A DNA stretch of 64,000 nt, from sequence record NZ_CP103541.1; one strand, written 5' to 3'. The stretch is from a plasmid. Positions 21,497-32,542 of the stretch are shown piece after piece (positions within the stretch are counted from its first letter, which is position 1; the number at the start of each line of letters is the position of its first letter). The notes under the pieces were generated by a model. That model was not told the origin of the DNA. It saw only the letters and a program-made list of their open reading frames with translations, and did not search any database. A program made the translations under genes and the position numbers.

Positions 21497-23623
21497 ATGG
21501 TTTCAAAGTACTGCAGACTGAGCAGTCCTCGCTCTGATTTAATTATTAAAACCCATCCACATGCAGAAATTATCTGGTGGGGCTCTGCACTGAAACATTT
21601 CTCACCGGATGACTGTGCCAGCCTGGAAAGACCGGTTGCGAATGGTCGTCTGGATATTGATACGCCACTGACACTGATGGCTGAAAATGCCCTGGGACTT
21701 TTTAGCTCTCCGGGACTGGAAGGACACAGGAATGGGCTGGATTCATCTCCTGTTTTTTATACAGTTGACGTGGAACATACCGAAAACACTCTGAGACTTA
21801 CCAGTGAAGATTCGGTAGCCGGCCTGCGTCTGGTCAGCGAGCTGGTGATGACGCCATCAGGAATTCTGAAAGTTCGTCATGCACTGACCAACCTCAGAGA
21901 GGGGGACTGGCAGATAAATCGTTTCGCCATCACTTTACCTTTAGCGGAGCGTGCGGAAGAAGTCATGGCTTTTCACGGACGCTGGACTCGTGAATTTCAG
22001 CCGCACAGGGTACGTCTCACTCATGATGCTTTTGTTCTGGAAAATCGCAGAGGGCGGACATCTCATGAGCATTTTCCGGCGCTGATTGTCGGCACGCCAG
22101 GCTTCTCGGAACAACAGGGAGAGGTATGGGCTGTGCATCTGGGGTGGAGTGGAAATCACCGTATGAGATGTGAGGCAAAAACTGACGGCAGGCGTTACGT
22201 TCAGGCTGAGGCTCTGTGGATGCCGGGTGAGAAGGCTCTCAGGAAGAATGAAACCCTGTACACCCCGTGGCTATATGCCTGCCACTCTGCGGATGGCCTG
22301 AATGGAATGAGTCAGCAATACCATCGTTTTTTGCGTGATGAAATTATCCGTTTCCCTGAGCAAAAACCCCGCCCCGTACATCTCAATACCTGGGAAGGTA
22401 TTTATTTCAATCACAATCCTGATTACATCATGCAGATGGCTGAGCGTGCAGCAGCACTGGGCGTTGAACGTTTCATTATTGATGATGGCTGGTTTAAAGG
22501 ACGTAACGATGACCGCGCGGCTCTGGGCGACTGGTATACCGATGAACAGAAATACCCGAACGGGCTGATGCCGGTTATTAAACATGTGAAATCTCTCGGT
22601 ATGGAATTTGGCATATGGGTTGAGCCGGAAATGATTAACCCGGATTCTGACCTGTTTCGTCTTCATCCTGACTGGGTATTGTCAATGCCTGGATATTCCC
22701 AGCCAACCGGAAGATATCAGTATGTTCTTAACCTGAATATTCCTGAGGCCTTTGCTTACATTTATGAACGTTTCTCATGGTTACTGGGAGAACATCCGGT
22801 TGATTATGTGAAATGGGACATGAATCGTGAGCTTGTACAGGCAGGGCATGAAGGCCGTGCGGCAGCAGATGCACAGACCCGTCAGTTCTATCGATTGCTT
22901 GATCTCCTCCGTGAACGTTTTCCACATGTTGAGTTTGAGTCCTGTGCTTCCGGTGGGGGGCGTATTGACTTCGAAGTCCTGAAACGCACACACCGGTTCT
23001 GGGCATCTGACAATAATGATGCCCTGGAGCGCTGCACCATACAACGTGGCATGAGTTACTTTTTCCCTCCTGAGGTGATGGGGGCACATATTGGCCATCG
23101 CCGCTGCCATGCAACTTTCCGACAGCACAGCATCGCTTTTCGTGGGCTGACAGCATTGTTCGGCCATATGGGGCTGGAGCTGGATCCGGTGGCCGCAGAT
23201 GCGAAGGAATCTGACGGTTATCGCCGGTATGCCTTGCTCTATAAAGAATGGCGACAACTGATTCATACAGGTGTTCTCTGGCGTGTGGATATGCCAGATC
23301 CTTCGATACAGGTTCAGGGAGTCGTCAGCCCTGATCAGTCTCAGGCACTTTTTATGATCAGCCAGCTTGCAATGCCGGATTACACCTTACCAGGCATACT
23401 TCGTTTTCCCGGTCTGGCGGCGGAAGTGCGTTACCGGCTTCGGGTTATTGATCACCCGGACCTCCAGGTGGTCGGTGAAGGCGGTCATACCATGCGCAAA
23501 TTACCTGTCTGGATGAATCAGAGCCTTGAGGCCAGTGGTGAATGGCTGGCACAGGGAGGGATTCAGCTCCCCGTACTGGATCCGGAGAGTGCGATTTTGA
23601 TAGCACTTGAAAGAGCTGTGTGA
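21497..23623 (+). CDS. rafA: alpha-galactosidase RafA (GH36)
   Basis: 708-aa protein. RBS aaggag lies 7 nt before ATG 21497. Confidence 0.8.
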   Translation: MVSKYCRLSSPRSDLIIKTHPHAEIIWWGSALKHFSPDDCASLERPVANGRLDIDTPLTLMAENALGLFSSPGLEGHRNGLDSSPVFYTVDVEHTENTLRLTSEDSVAGLRLVSELVMTPSGILKVRHALTNLREGDWQINRFAITLPLAERAEEVMAFHGRWTREFQPHRVRLTHDAFVLENRRGRTSHEHFPALIVGTPGFSEQQGEVWAVHLGWSGNHRMRCEAKTDGRRYVQAEALWMPGEKALRKNETLYTPWLYACHSADGLNGMSQQYHRFLRDEIIRFPEQKPRPVHLNTWEGIYFNHNPDYIMQMAERAAALGVERFIIDDGWFKGRNDDRAALGDWYTDEQKYPNGLMPVIKHVKSLGMEFGIWVEPEMINPDSDLFRLHPDWVLSMPGYSQPTGRYQYVLNLNIPEAFAYIYERFSWLLGEHPVDYVKWDMNRELVQAGHEGRAAADAQTRQFYRLLDLLRERFPHVEFESCASGGGRIDFEVLKRTHRFWASDNNDALERCTIQRGMSYFFPPEVMGAHIGHRRCHATFRQHSIAFRGLTALFGHMGLELDPVAADAKESDGYRRYALLYKEWRQLIHTGVLWRVDMPDPSIQVQGVVSPDQSQALFMISQLAMPDYTLPGILRFPGLAAEVRYRLRVIDHPDLQVVGEGGHTMRKLPVWMNQSLEASGEWLAQGGIQLPVLDPESAILIALERAV

Positions 23624-23685
23624 AGAGAGGTACGGAGCCTCAGCTCCGTCCTGTTTCTCAATATTATCCCGTGAGGGTAAGAATA

Positions 23686-24963
23686 ATGAATTCTGCAAGT
23701 ACGCATAAAAATCCCGATTTCTGGATTTTCGGTCTGTTCTTCTTTCTCTACTTTTTCATCATGGCAACCTGTTTTCCGTTTTTGCCTGTATGGCTGTCCG
23801 ATGTGGTCGGGCTGAGTAAAACGGATACAGGTATAGTCTTTTCATGTCTTTCTCTGTTTGCCATCAGTTTCCAGCCATTGCTTGGGGTCATATCAGATCG
23901 CCTGGGACTGAAAAAAAACCTGATCTGGAGTATCAGCCTGTTACTGGTATTTTTCGCCCCCTTTTTTTTATATGTATTTGCGCCCCTGCTGCGCTTCAAT
24001 ATCTGGGCAGGCGCACTGACTGGCGGTGTTTTTATTGGTTTTGTGTTTTCTGCAGGTGCCGGAGCTATTGAAGCTTATATAGAGCGGGTCAGTCGCAGTC
24101 GTGGATTTGAATACGGTAAAGCGAGGATGTTCGGGTGTCTGGGCTGGGCGTTATGTGCGACTATGGCTGGAATGCTTTTTAATGTCGATCCTTCTCTGGT
24201 TTTCTGGATGGGGTCAGGAGGCGCATTATTGTTGCTTCTTCTGTTGTTTCTGGCGCGCCCCAGTACCAGCCAGACGGCAATGGTTATGAATACACTGGGT
24301 GCCAATTCTTCCCTGATTTCGACCAGAATGGTCTTCAGCCTGTTTCGCATGCGTCAGATGTGGATGTTTGTTCTCTACACGATTGGTGTGGCCTGTGTCT
24401 ATGATGTATTTGATCAGCAGTTTGCCACATTTTTTCGTTCATTCTTTGACACTCCTCAGGCAGGAATAAAAGCATTCGGATTTGCTACCACTGCGGGGGA
24501 GATTTGTAATGCCATTATCATGTTCTGTACACCATGGATAATTCATCGCATTGGTGCCAAAAATACCCTGCTTGTTGCGGGGGGAATTATGACCATCCGC
24601 ATTACCGGTTCTGCTTTTGCCACCACCGCGACAGAAGTGGTGATTCTGAAAATGCTTCACGCTCTTGAAGTTCCATTTTTGCTGGTTGGGGCGTTCAAAT
24701 ATATTACGGCAGTGTTTGACACCCGACTGTCAGCGACCGTTTATTTAATAGGTTTTCAGTTTTCCAAACAACTTGCTGCAATACTTCTCTCTACCTTTGC
24801 CGGCCACCTGTATGATCGTATGGGATTCCAGAATACGTATTTTGTGCTCGGGATGATTGCTCTGACTGTTACCGTGATATCAGCTTTCACGCTGAGTTCT
24901 TCCCGCGGGAGCGTACACCCTTCTGTAGAAAAAGCCCCTGCAGCGCATTCGGAGATTAACTGA
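23686..24963 (+). CDS. rafB: raffinose permease RafB (LacY-family MFS)
   Basis: LacY-like N-terminus NPDFWIFGLFFFLYFFIMATCFPFLPVWL. Start taken at ATG 23686 (track start 23620). Confidence 0.8.
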   Translation: MNSASTHKNPDFWIFGLFFFLYFFIMATCFPFLPVWLSDVVGLSKTDTGIVFSCLSLFAISFQPLLGVISDRLGLKKNLIWSISLLLVFFAPFFLYVFAPLLRFNIWAGALTGGVFIGFVFSAGAGAIEAYIERVSRSRGFEYGKARMFGCLGWALCATMAGMLFNVDPSLVFWMGSGGALLLLLLLFLARPSTSQTAMVMNTLGANSSLISTRMVFSLFRMRQMWMFVLYTIGVACVYDVFDQQFATFFRSFFDTPQAGIKAFGFATTAGEICNAIIMFCTPWIIHRIGAKNTLLVAGGIMTIRITGSAFATTATEVVILKMLHALEVPFLLVGAFKYITAVFDTRLSATVYLIGFQFSKQLAAILLSTFAGHLYDRMGFQNTYFVLGMIALTVTVISAFTLSSSRGSVHPSVEKAPAAHSEIN

Positions 24964-26393
24964 TGAAACAGCGTCTTGCTTTGGCACAGTCCGCCCTTGA
25001 AAAACTTTGCGCACGTCGTGGTAATGCCTGGTACCCGATTTTTCATCTGGCTCCACCTGCCGGCTGGATGAATGATCCAAATGGCCTTATTTACTTCAAT
25101 GGGCGTTACCATGCGTTCTTCCAGCATCATCCTGCAAGCGCATATCAGGGGCCAATGCACTGGGGGCATGCCACCAGTACCGACATGTTGCACTGGCAAC
25201 ACGAACCTGTCGCGCTGGCACCCGGAGATAAATATGATCGTGATGGCTGTTTTTCAGGGAGTGCCGTGGATGATGATGGCGTGCTATCACTTATTTATAC
25301 TGGTCATATTTGTCTCGAAGATCGTGGTAATGACAGCATTATCCGTGAAGTACAGTGTCTGGCTACCAGTCATGATGGTATTCACTTTGAGAAGCAGGGC
25401 TGTGTGCTGACACCTCCGGAAGGTATCATGCATTTCCGTGATCCCAAAGTCTGGCACGAAGAAGGCTCCTGGTGGATGGTCATTGGTGCCCGGGACGCTT
25501 CTGACAATGGGCAAGTTCTGTTGTATCGCGGGACATCTTTGCGGGACTGGCATCTGGAGCATGTTCTCGCTCATTCCGCAGCCGGAGAAAGTTATATGTG
25601 GGAATGCCCCGATTTCTTCAGGTGTGGTAATTTTCACTGGCTGATGTTCTCACCACAGGGGATGACCCCTTCCGGTTATCGGTTCCGTAACCTTTTTCAG
25701 AGCGGTGTGTTGGCAGGGAGCTGGAAGCCTGGTTCTGTCTTTGCGCTGAAAGGGGGATTTGAAGAGCTGGATTATGGTCATGACTTTTATGCTCCACAGT
25801 CCATGCTGGCTGAGGACGGCAGGCGTATCATTATGGCATGGATGAATATGTGGGATTCACCCGTGCCCACCCGCAGTGAAGCCTGGGCAGGATGTCTGAC
25901 GCTGCCCAGAGAGGTTTTTGAGCGCGATGGCCGGCTGTGCCAGCGACCTGTGCGTGAAGTCGAATCTCTGCGCAGAAAATGCCAGCCATTATCCCCTGTA
26001 AGGTTACAGGGTTTGCAATTACTGACCGAAAATGTACAGGCCGCAGAATTATTGGTGACGTGGCATACGGTTGACAGTCATGCGGAGCACTATGGCGTCC
26101 GCCTTGGAGACGGTCTGCGACTTTATGTGGATAATCAGGCCGGACGACTGGTACTGTGGCGCTATTACCCTGAGGAAGGGCTGGATGGTTACCGCAGTGT
26201 TGAACTTCCTGATACAGAATATCTGACTCTTCGTATTTTCCTGGATCGTTCATCTGTTGAAGTGTTTGTTAACGATGGTGAGGCAACCTTATCAAGTCGT
26301 ATTTATCCGCAAGCGGACTCGAGACAATTATCGTTATATGCCGCTCATGGCGATGCGATATTAACTAATGGCACTTTATGGATGCTGACCTGA
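24963..26393 (+). CDS. rafD: sucrose-6/raffinose invertase RafD (GH32)
   Basis: GH32 motifs WMNDPNG and RDP. Confidence 0.8.
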   Translation: MKQRLALAQSALEKLCARRGNAWYPIFHLAPPAGWMNDPNGLIYFNGRYHAFFQHHPASAYQGPMHWGHATSTDMLHWQHEPVALAPGDKYDRDGCFSGSAVDDDGVLSLIYTGHICLEDRGNDSIIREVQCLATSHDGIHFEKQGCVLTPPEGIMHFRDPKVWHEEGSWWMVIGARDASDNGQVLLYRGTSLRDWHLEHVLAHSAAGESYMWECPDFFRCGNFHWLMFSPQGMTPSGYRFRNLFQSGVLAGSWKPGSVFALKGGFEELDYGHDFYAPQSMLAEDGRRIIMAWMNMWDSPVPTRSEAWAGCLTLPREVFERDGRLCQRPVREVESLRRKCQPLSPVRLQGLQLLTENVQAAELLVTWHTVDSHAEHYGVRLGDGLRLYVDNQAGRLVLWRYYPEEGLDGYRSVELPDTEYLTLRIFLDRSSVEVFVNDGEATLSSRIYPQADSRQLSLYAAHGDAILTNGTLWMLT

Positions 26394-26587
26394 GATATAT
26401 CGATATCAGTATTTTTTTTGATATTATCTGTCATTACTTTGCCAGTACACATTAATTATCTTTGCTGTGTGCTTTTGGTAATGTGTTGCGATTATATATA
26501 CCAGTCTGGTGAAGAGTATGAATGGTATTTTGTGTTGATACAGAGAATATAAGAGTACCCACATTTGTTTTTATTTAAGGGGGTAAA

Positions 26588-27982
26588 ATGAATAAGTTAC
26601 TCTTGGGTTTGTCTGTTTTTTTATTACTGGAATACAATGCGTGTGCAGCAAAAACAGGGGGGCTAACGCTTGAACAAAGAATGGCATTGCTGGAAGAACG
26701 CCTGGAAGCTGCAGAAAAAAGGGCGGAAAAAGCAGAAAGAATGTTAAAAAGTTTTGATACAGAACAACATTCTGAAATACGTCAAATTAGTTCAGAGCAG
26801 AATAAAAAAGCTGCTAACAGCTATGCAGTAGTTGAGTCAACAAAAGAAAAAACATCTTCTCCAGGTTTTCTGCTCTCTGGTTACAATGATTTGAAGTTTT
26901 ATGGTGATGTGGAGTTTAATATAGATGCTGCCAGTAAACCCGGTCAGTTAGTAATGATAAGTTCCGGGGCGAACAGTGAGTCAGTGAATGAACGGTGGGA
27001 CCTTAATGGCCGTATTCTATTAGGTTTTGACGGTACCCGTAAGCTTGATAATGGTTATTTCGCTGGATTTTCAGCACAACCACTGGCGGATATGCACGGT
27101 TCAGTGAATATTGATGATGCATTATTCTTTTTTGGAAAAGATGACGAGTGGAAAGTGAAAGTCGGTCGTTTTGAAGCTTACGATATGTTCCCTCTAAATC
27201 AGGATACTTTCATTGAGTATTCCGGTAATACAGCTAACGATATTTATGCTGATGGCCGTGGTTATATCTATATGATGAAAGAGGGACGCGGTCGTTCTGA
27301 CGCTGGTGGTAATTTCCTCATCAGTAAACAACTCGATAACTGGTATTTTGAGTTAAACACGTTACTTGAAGACGGAACATCTTTATATAATAACGGTAAT
27401 TATCATGGACGATATATGGAGCAGCAGAAAAATGTCGCTTATCTGCGCCCGGTAATTGCCTGGTCGCCAACGGAAGAATTCACAGTCTCCGCAGCGATGG
27501 AAGCAAACGTGGTAAAAAATGCTTATGGCTATACCGATAATAAGGGGAATTTTGTCGATCAGTCCAATCGTTCCGGTTATGGTATTAGCATGACATGGAA
27601 CGATCTGAAAACAGATCCGGAAAATGGCATCGTGGTTACTCTTAATACCGCCTATTTGGATGCCAGTAATGAGAAAGATTTCACTGCCAGTATTAATGCT
27701 CTGTGGAAACGTTTCGAACTGGGTTATATCTACGCACATAATAAGATTGATGAATTTAGTGGTGTCGTGTGTAATAATGGTTGCTGGATTGATGGTGAAG
27801 GAATATACAACATTCACACCATTCATGCATCTTATCAGTTTGCTAATGTGATGGATATGGAGAACTTTAATATTTACCTCGGGGCTTATTACTCAATTCT
27901 GGATAGTAACTGTAGATATAGTAATTGTGACATTACCGATGATCGTTACGGTGCCCGATTACGTTTCAAATACTTTTTTTGA
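26588..27982 (+). CDS. rafY: raffinose glycoporin RafY (ScrY/LamB-like)
   Basis: Signal peptide, coiled-coil N-terminal extension, C-terminal Phe (beta-barrel signature). Confidence 0.7.
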   Translation: MNKLLLGLSVFLLLEYNACAAKTGGLTLEQRMALLEERLEAAEKRAEKAERMLKSFDTEQHSEIRQISSEQNKKAANSYAVVESTKEKTSSPGFLLSGYNDLKFYGDVEFNIDAASKPGQLVMISSGANSESVNERWDLNGRILLGFDGTRKLDNGYFAGFSAQPLADMHGSVNIDDALFFFGKDDEWKVKVGRFEAYDMFPLNQDTFIEYSGNTANDIYADGRGYIYMMKEGRGRSDAGGNFLISKQLDNWYFELNTLLEDGTSLYNNGNYHGRYMEQQKNVAYLRPVIAWSPTEEFTVSAAMEANVVKNAYGYTDNKGNFVDQSNRSGYGISMTWNDLKTDPENGIVVTLNTAYLDASNEKDFTASINALWKRFELGYIYAHNKIDEFSGVVCNNGCWIDGEGIYNIHTIHASYQFANVMDMENFNIYLGAYYSILDSNCRYSNCDITDDRYGARLRFKYFF

Positions 27983-28388
27983 TGCATAGTAACAAAGTAT
28001 TGTTCCACACTTACATTAACGCGTTTTTCGGGTACACCATCGGTGAGCATACGAATAATCGCTGTCTGTCGATGGTTGATTTAATTTATTGCGCAACGAG
28101 CCAGCTACCGGGAACTGGCTCTGAAGTTGCGTCAGGTCACGAAGTACTGCCCGGGGAATAATGCCAGACTAACTCTGACCAGTGCCACTTGACGTCTCCG
28201 CCAGCGCAGCGGAGGCAAATAGTACTGTCAGACCGTGGGCTTATCCCCGCGCGGAGCGGTACAATGACGGTGATAACCGTCAACCATACTGCGAAATATT
28301 TGCCCCGGCGTGTCACCCAGAGTGCACAGATAGGGTGATGCTGCCAACTTACTGATTTAGTGTATGATGGTGTTTTTGAGGTGCTCCA

Positions 28389-28664
28389 GTGGCTTCTGTT
28401 TCTATCAGCTGTCCCTCCTGTTCAGCTACTGACGGGGTGGTGCGTAACGGCAAAAGCACCGCCGGACATCAGCGCTATCTCTGCTCTCACTGCCGTAAAA
28501 CATGGCAACTGCAGTTCACTTACACCGCTTCTCAACCCGGTACGCACCAGAAAATCATTGATATGGCCATGAATGGCGTTGGATGCCGGGCAACTGCCCG
28601 CATTATGGGCGTTGGCCTCAACACGATTTTACGTCACTTAAAAAACTCAGGCCGCAGTCGGTAA
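28389..28664 (+). CDS. insA: IS1 InsA
   Basis: [32 protein letters not shown], recognised as IS1 InsA. Confidence 0.85.
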
Positions 28665-29082
28665 CCTCGCGCATACAGCCGGGGACGTCATCGTCTGCGC
28701 GGAAATGGACGAACAGTGGGGCTATGTCGGGGCTAAATCGCGCCAGCGCTGGCTGTTTTACGCGTATGACAGTCTCCGGAAGACGGTTGTTGCGCACGTA
28801 TTCGGTGAACGCACTATGGCGACGCTGGGGCGTCTTATGAGCCTGCTGTCACCCTTTGACGTGGTGATATGGATGACGGATGGCTGGCCGCTGTATGAAT
28901 CCCGCCTGAAGGGAAAGCTGCACGTAATCAGCAAGCGATATACGCAGCGAATTGAGCGGCATAACCTGAATCTGAGGCAGCACCTGGCACGGCTGGGACG
29001 GAAGTCGCTGTCGTTCTCAAAATCGGTGGAGCTGCATGACAAAGTCATTGGGCATTATCTGAACATAAAACACTATCAATAA
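28583..29082 (+). CDS. insB: IS1 InsB (expressed as an InsAB' frameshift fusion)
   Basis: Two overlapping track ORFs (28583..28840 and 28705..29082) matching IS1 InsB. Confidence 0.75.
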
Positions 29083-29097
29083 GTTGGAGTCATTACC

Positions 29098-29721
29098 ATG
29101 TTAAAGATAATAAAACAACACAAATTTGCTTTTCTTTTCACAGCACTGCTGAGCACCTTCTTTCTCAATATGTTTCCACCGAGCGCTGCAGGGTACGAGT
29201 TGAATACCGTGCTGCAGATTGTGGCGGGCGTTAATCTGTTGCAGCGTCGCTATCAGGTCGTTTCATTTATTGTGTTGCTGATAATGTTTGTCACCACACA
29301 CTGGCTGCATCCCGTCAATGCCATGATACAGCTGTACTACGGGAGTTATCTGGTCTTTTTCATCATTCTGTCAGTGATTGTGTTCCGCCAGGTGATTTTC
29401 TCCGCCCGGATAAACACAGAGTCCATCTGCGCTGCACTAAGTGGCTTTCTGCTTATTGGCTATATAGGGTTTTTCATGTTTTCTGCGATAGAAAATCATA
29501 TGCCTGGCGCGTTCCGTGGACTGTCAAATGATGAGTTGCAGATGATGAATGAACTTTTTTATTATTCTTTTATCAGTATTCTGACCGTAGGCTATGGCGA
29601 TATTGTTGCCGTCAGCTGGCCGGCTCGTAATGCCACTATTCTGGTTATTCTCACGGGCTATATTTACTCACTGGTCTTTATTGCCCGCATCGTCAGTGGA
29701 TTTTCGGTCTCAGAAAAATAA
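29098..29721 (+). CDS. putative small K+ channel-family membrane protein (TVGYGD selectivity-filter motif)
   Basis: 207-aa hydrophobic protein with the filter signature TVGYGD. The ATG directly abuts the IS1 end, so the N-terminus may be truncated. Confidence 0.5.
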   Translation: MLKIIKQHKFAFLFTALLSTFFLNMFPPSAAGYELNTVLQIVAGVNLLQRRYQVVSFIVLLIMFVTTHWLHPVNAMIQLYYGSYLVFFIILSVIVFRQVIFSARINTESICAALSGFLLIGYIGFFMFSAIENHMPGAFRGLSNDELQMMNELFYYSFISILTVGYGDIVAVSWPARNATILVILTGYIYSLVFIARIVSGFSVSEK

Positions 29722-29817
29722 CTCTTTGTACCAGCTACCAGTCGGCTGTACTACGGGTTCCTGAGTCCGGCAAAACGGCATCGTGTATCGTTCCGGTCGA
29801 GTAGGCAGCCTAACCCG

Positions 29818-30080
29818 ACCACTGAAAACGTCGCGGCAGAGCTGAAGCTGCTGACGGAAAATTGCTGCGATAGTGGGATTTCTCTGGGAGGTGGATCGCC
29901 GCACGACTGCGCGAAAGGAATTGCGTTGGTCGCAACCAATGGTGGAAATATTCGTGATTATGAAGGTGTTGATCGTTCCGCGAAACCGCTGCTGCCAATG
30001 ATTGCGATTAACACCACTGCGGGTACGGCTTCGGAAATGACCCGTTTCTGTATTATGGGGTCAGTTTGGATATCGGAACT
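29818..30080 (+). pseudogene. internal fragment of an iron-containing alcohol dehydrogenase
   Basis: Translation ...[36 protein letters not shown]...[15 protein letters not shown] is the Fe-ADH metal/NAD region, without its N- or C-terminus. Confidence 0.55.
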
Positions 30081-30345
30081 TATTGTACTATAAGGGCTTC
30101 CCCGGCATGTCAACGCCGGTTTTATAGTTTCTGTCTGCTCGTCAGTAAAATAAAGGGGAGAGACTGCGGTACTATAAACGGCCATGATGAATCGTTATCG
30201 ATTCGGGCCCTGATGAAAGACGCGCGTGAGGTTCTTGTTCGTTAAGCGGATACGTATATCCTGTACAATAGCCAGATAGGCCTCACGGGGTCTAACCCTT
30301 TTTCATCAACGAGTTGCAGGTCAGATGGTTATACTGCTTTGTGCT

Positions 30346-30714
30346 TTAGCTGGCTGAGTACAGCCTGAAATCATCACCGTAATGCAACGATGCCCAGCAC
30401 AGCCTCGCGTTTTTGGCGGCGATGGCTACAACAGCCCGCCAGTACCCCCTGCGCTCAACCAACGTACAAACCCAACGGCTGAATGAGTCAGTCCTTTTCT
30501 CTGCACCAATCAAAACCGAACGGGCCCCCTGAACCAGAAGCGTTCGCAGATATGAATCGCCCGCTTTCGTTATTCTGCCAAGCTTTGATTTTCCGCCACT
30601 GCTGTACTGTGATGGTGTAAGTCCCAGCCAGGCTGCCAGTTGGCGTCCATTCTTAAAATCATGGCGTTGACAAGGCAAGTATGGCAGCCAGAGAGGCCGG
30701 TTGCGTATTTTCAT
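30346..30714 (-). pseudogene. IS110-family transposase, C-terminal fragment only
   Basis: FKNGRQLAAWLGLTPSQYSSGGKSKLGRITKAGDSYLRTLL is the conserved IS110/IS116/IS902 C-terminal domain. The N-terminal domain is absent. Confidence 0.55.
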
Positions 30715-30735
30715 GAAAGGAGATCAGTGAAGGTA

Positions 30736-31017
30736 ATTTAAAAACGGTTCTGTGAAAGTGACACGAACCGATCTCCATCGATGTTACTCACCGATCTCCT
30801 TCACGGTAATACGCACCGGTCACGCTGTCCGTGAGATGGAGCGGTGGATGGTGCCGAACAAACTCCGGGAGGCAGCGTGATGCGGCAACAATCACACAGA
30901 TTACCCGTAAACAGTCTGAATGAGCGGGTTATTTTCAGGAAAAGTGAGTGTGGTCAGCGTGCAGGGATATGGGCTATGATGTGCCCGGCGCTTGAGGCTT
31001 TCTGCCTCATGACGTGA
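30736..31017 (+). pseudogene. psiA: probable psiA 3' remnant (open frame entering from the truncation point and ending ...CPALEAFCLMT)
   Basis: Position immediately upstream of the hok/flmA promoter, as in F. The open frame begins abruptly at the island boundary. Identity is inferred, not verified. Confidence 0.4.
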
Positions 31018-31131
31018 AGGTGGTTTGTTACCGTGTTGTGTGGCAGAAGGACAAAAGCCCCGTAGTTAATTTTTCATTAACCCATGTACTGCACCCATTT
31101 TGTTGGACGATGAAATGGAATAGCCCCTAAT

Positions 31132-31653
31132 ATGTCAAAGCCAAAATACCCTTTTGAAAAGCGCCTTGAAGTCGTGAATCACTACTTCACAACTGATGAT
31201 GGTTACAGGATCATCTCGGCACGTTTTGGTGTCCCCCGAACCCAGGTCAGGACATGGGTTGCCCTCTATGAAAAACATGGAGAAAAAGGTTTAATTCCCA
31301 AACCTAAAGGCGTTAGTGCTGATCCAGAGTTGCGTATTAAGGTCGTGAAAGCTGTGATCGAGCAGCACATGTCCCTTAATCAGGCTGCTGCTCACTTTAT
31401 GCTTGCTGGTAGTGGTTCTGTAGCCAGGTGGCTGAAGGTCTATGAAGAGCGCGGAGAAGCTGGTTTACGCGCGCTCAAGATTGGCACCAAAAGAAACATT
31501 GCAATATCAGTTGATCCAGAAAAAGCGGCATCAGCATTGGAGCTGTCAAAAGACCGACGCATTGAGGATCTTGAAAGGCAAGTTCGATTTCTTGAAACGC
31601 GGCTTATGTATCTAAAAAAGCTGAAAGCCTTAGCTCATCCCACGAAAAAGTGA
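31132..31653 (+). CDS. insJ: IS150 InsJ (OrfA)
   Basis: MSKPKYPFEKRLEVVNHYFTTDDGYRIISARFGV, recognised as IS150 InsJ. Confidence 0.85.
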   Translation: MSKPKYPFEKRLEVVNHYFTTDDGYRIISARFGVPRTQVRTWVALYEKHGEKGLIPKPKGVSADPELRIKVVKAVIEQHMSLNQAAAHFMLAGSGSVARWLKVYEERGEAGLRALKIGTKRNIAISVDPEKAASALELSKDRRIEDLERQVRFLETRLMYLKKLKALAHPTKK

Positions 31654-32501
31654 AAGTACTCAACGAGCTAAGGCAGTTTTATCCTCTTGATGAGCTTCTC
31701 AGGGCTGCGGAGATACCGCGCAGTACGTTTTATTATCATCTAAAGGCTCTCAGCAAGCCTGACAAGTATGCGGACGTTAAAAAGCGTATTAGTGAGATTT
31801 ATCACGAGAATAGAGGCCGATACGGATACCGTAGGGTAACGCTGTCTCTTCATCGAGAAGGGAAACAGATTAACCATAAAGCTGTTCAGCGCCTGATGGG
31901 AACCCTCTCACTTAAAGCAGCGATTAAGGTCAAGCGATACCGCTCTTACAGAGGAGAGGTAGGGCAAACCGCCCCTAATGTTCTCCAAAGAGATTTCAAG
32001 GCTACGCGGCCAAACGAGAAGTGGGTTACCGATGTTACTGAATTTGCAGTCAATGGGCGCAAGCTGTATTTGTCTCCAGTAATAGATCTCTTCAACAACG
32101 AAGTTATTTCTTACAGCCTTTCGGAAAGACCAGTGATGAACATGGTTGAGAATATGCTCGATCAGGCATTCAAAAAGCTTAATCCTCACGAGCATCCTGT
32201 TCTGCACTCTGACCAGGGATGGCAGTATCGTATGAGAAGATATCAAAATATCCTTAAAGAACATGGTATTAAACAAAGCATGTCCAGAAAAGGCAATTGT
32301 CTGGATAATGCTGTGGTGGAGTGTTTCTTTGGAACCTTAAAGTCGGAGTGTTTTTATCTTGATGAGTTCAGTAATATAAGCGAACTGAAGGATGCTGTTA
32401 CGGAATATATTGAATACTACAACAGCAGAAGAATTAGCCTGAAATTAAAAGGTCTGACTCCAATTGAATATCGGAATCAGACCTATATGCCTCGTGTTTA
32501 A
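31650..32501 (+). CDS. insK: IS150 InsK (OrfB, DDE transposase)
   Basis: 283-aa DDE ORF overlapping insJ. Confidence 0.85.
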
Positions 32502-32542
32502 CTGTCCAACTTTTTGGGGTCAGTACACCACGAGGCCCCTGC

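Larger units (their letters stand above)
28334..29097 (+). mobile_element. IS1
   Basis: Ends ggtgatgctgccaacttactgat and aagttggagtcattacc. insA and insB recognised. No 9-bp target duplication visible. Confidence 0.8.
31085..32527 (+). mobile_element. IS150 (1443 bp) with a 3-bp CCA target duplication, inserted in the hok/sok leader
   Basis: Ends tgtactgcacccattttgttgg and ctttttggggtcagtaca. CCA at 31082-31084 and 32528-32530. InsJ and InsK recognised. Confidence 0.85.

Noticed and set aside
27979-28333. Possible gene between rafY and IS1 (60-aa ORF 27979..28161)
   Set aside because: There is no RBS and no recognisable similarity. It is probably a non-coding remnant at the island/IS1 junction.
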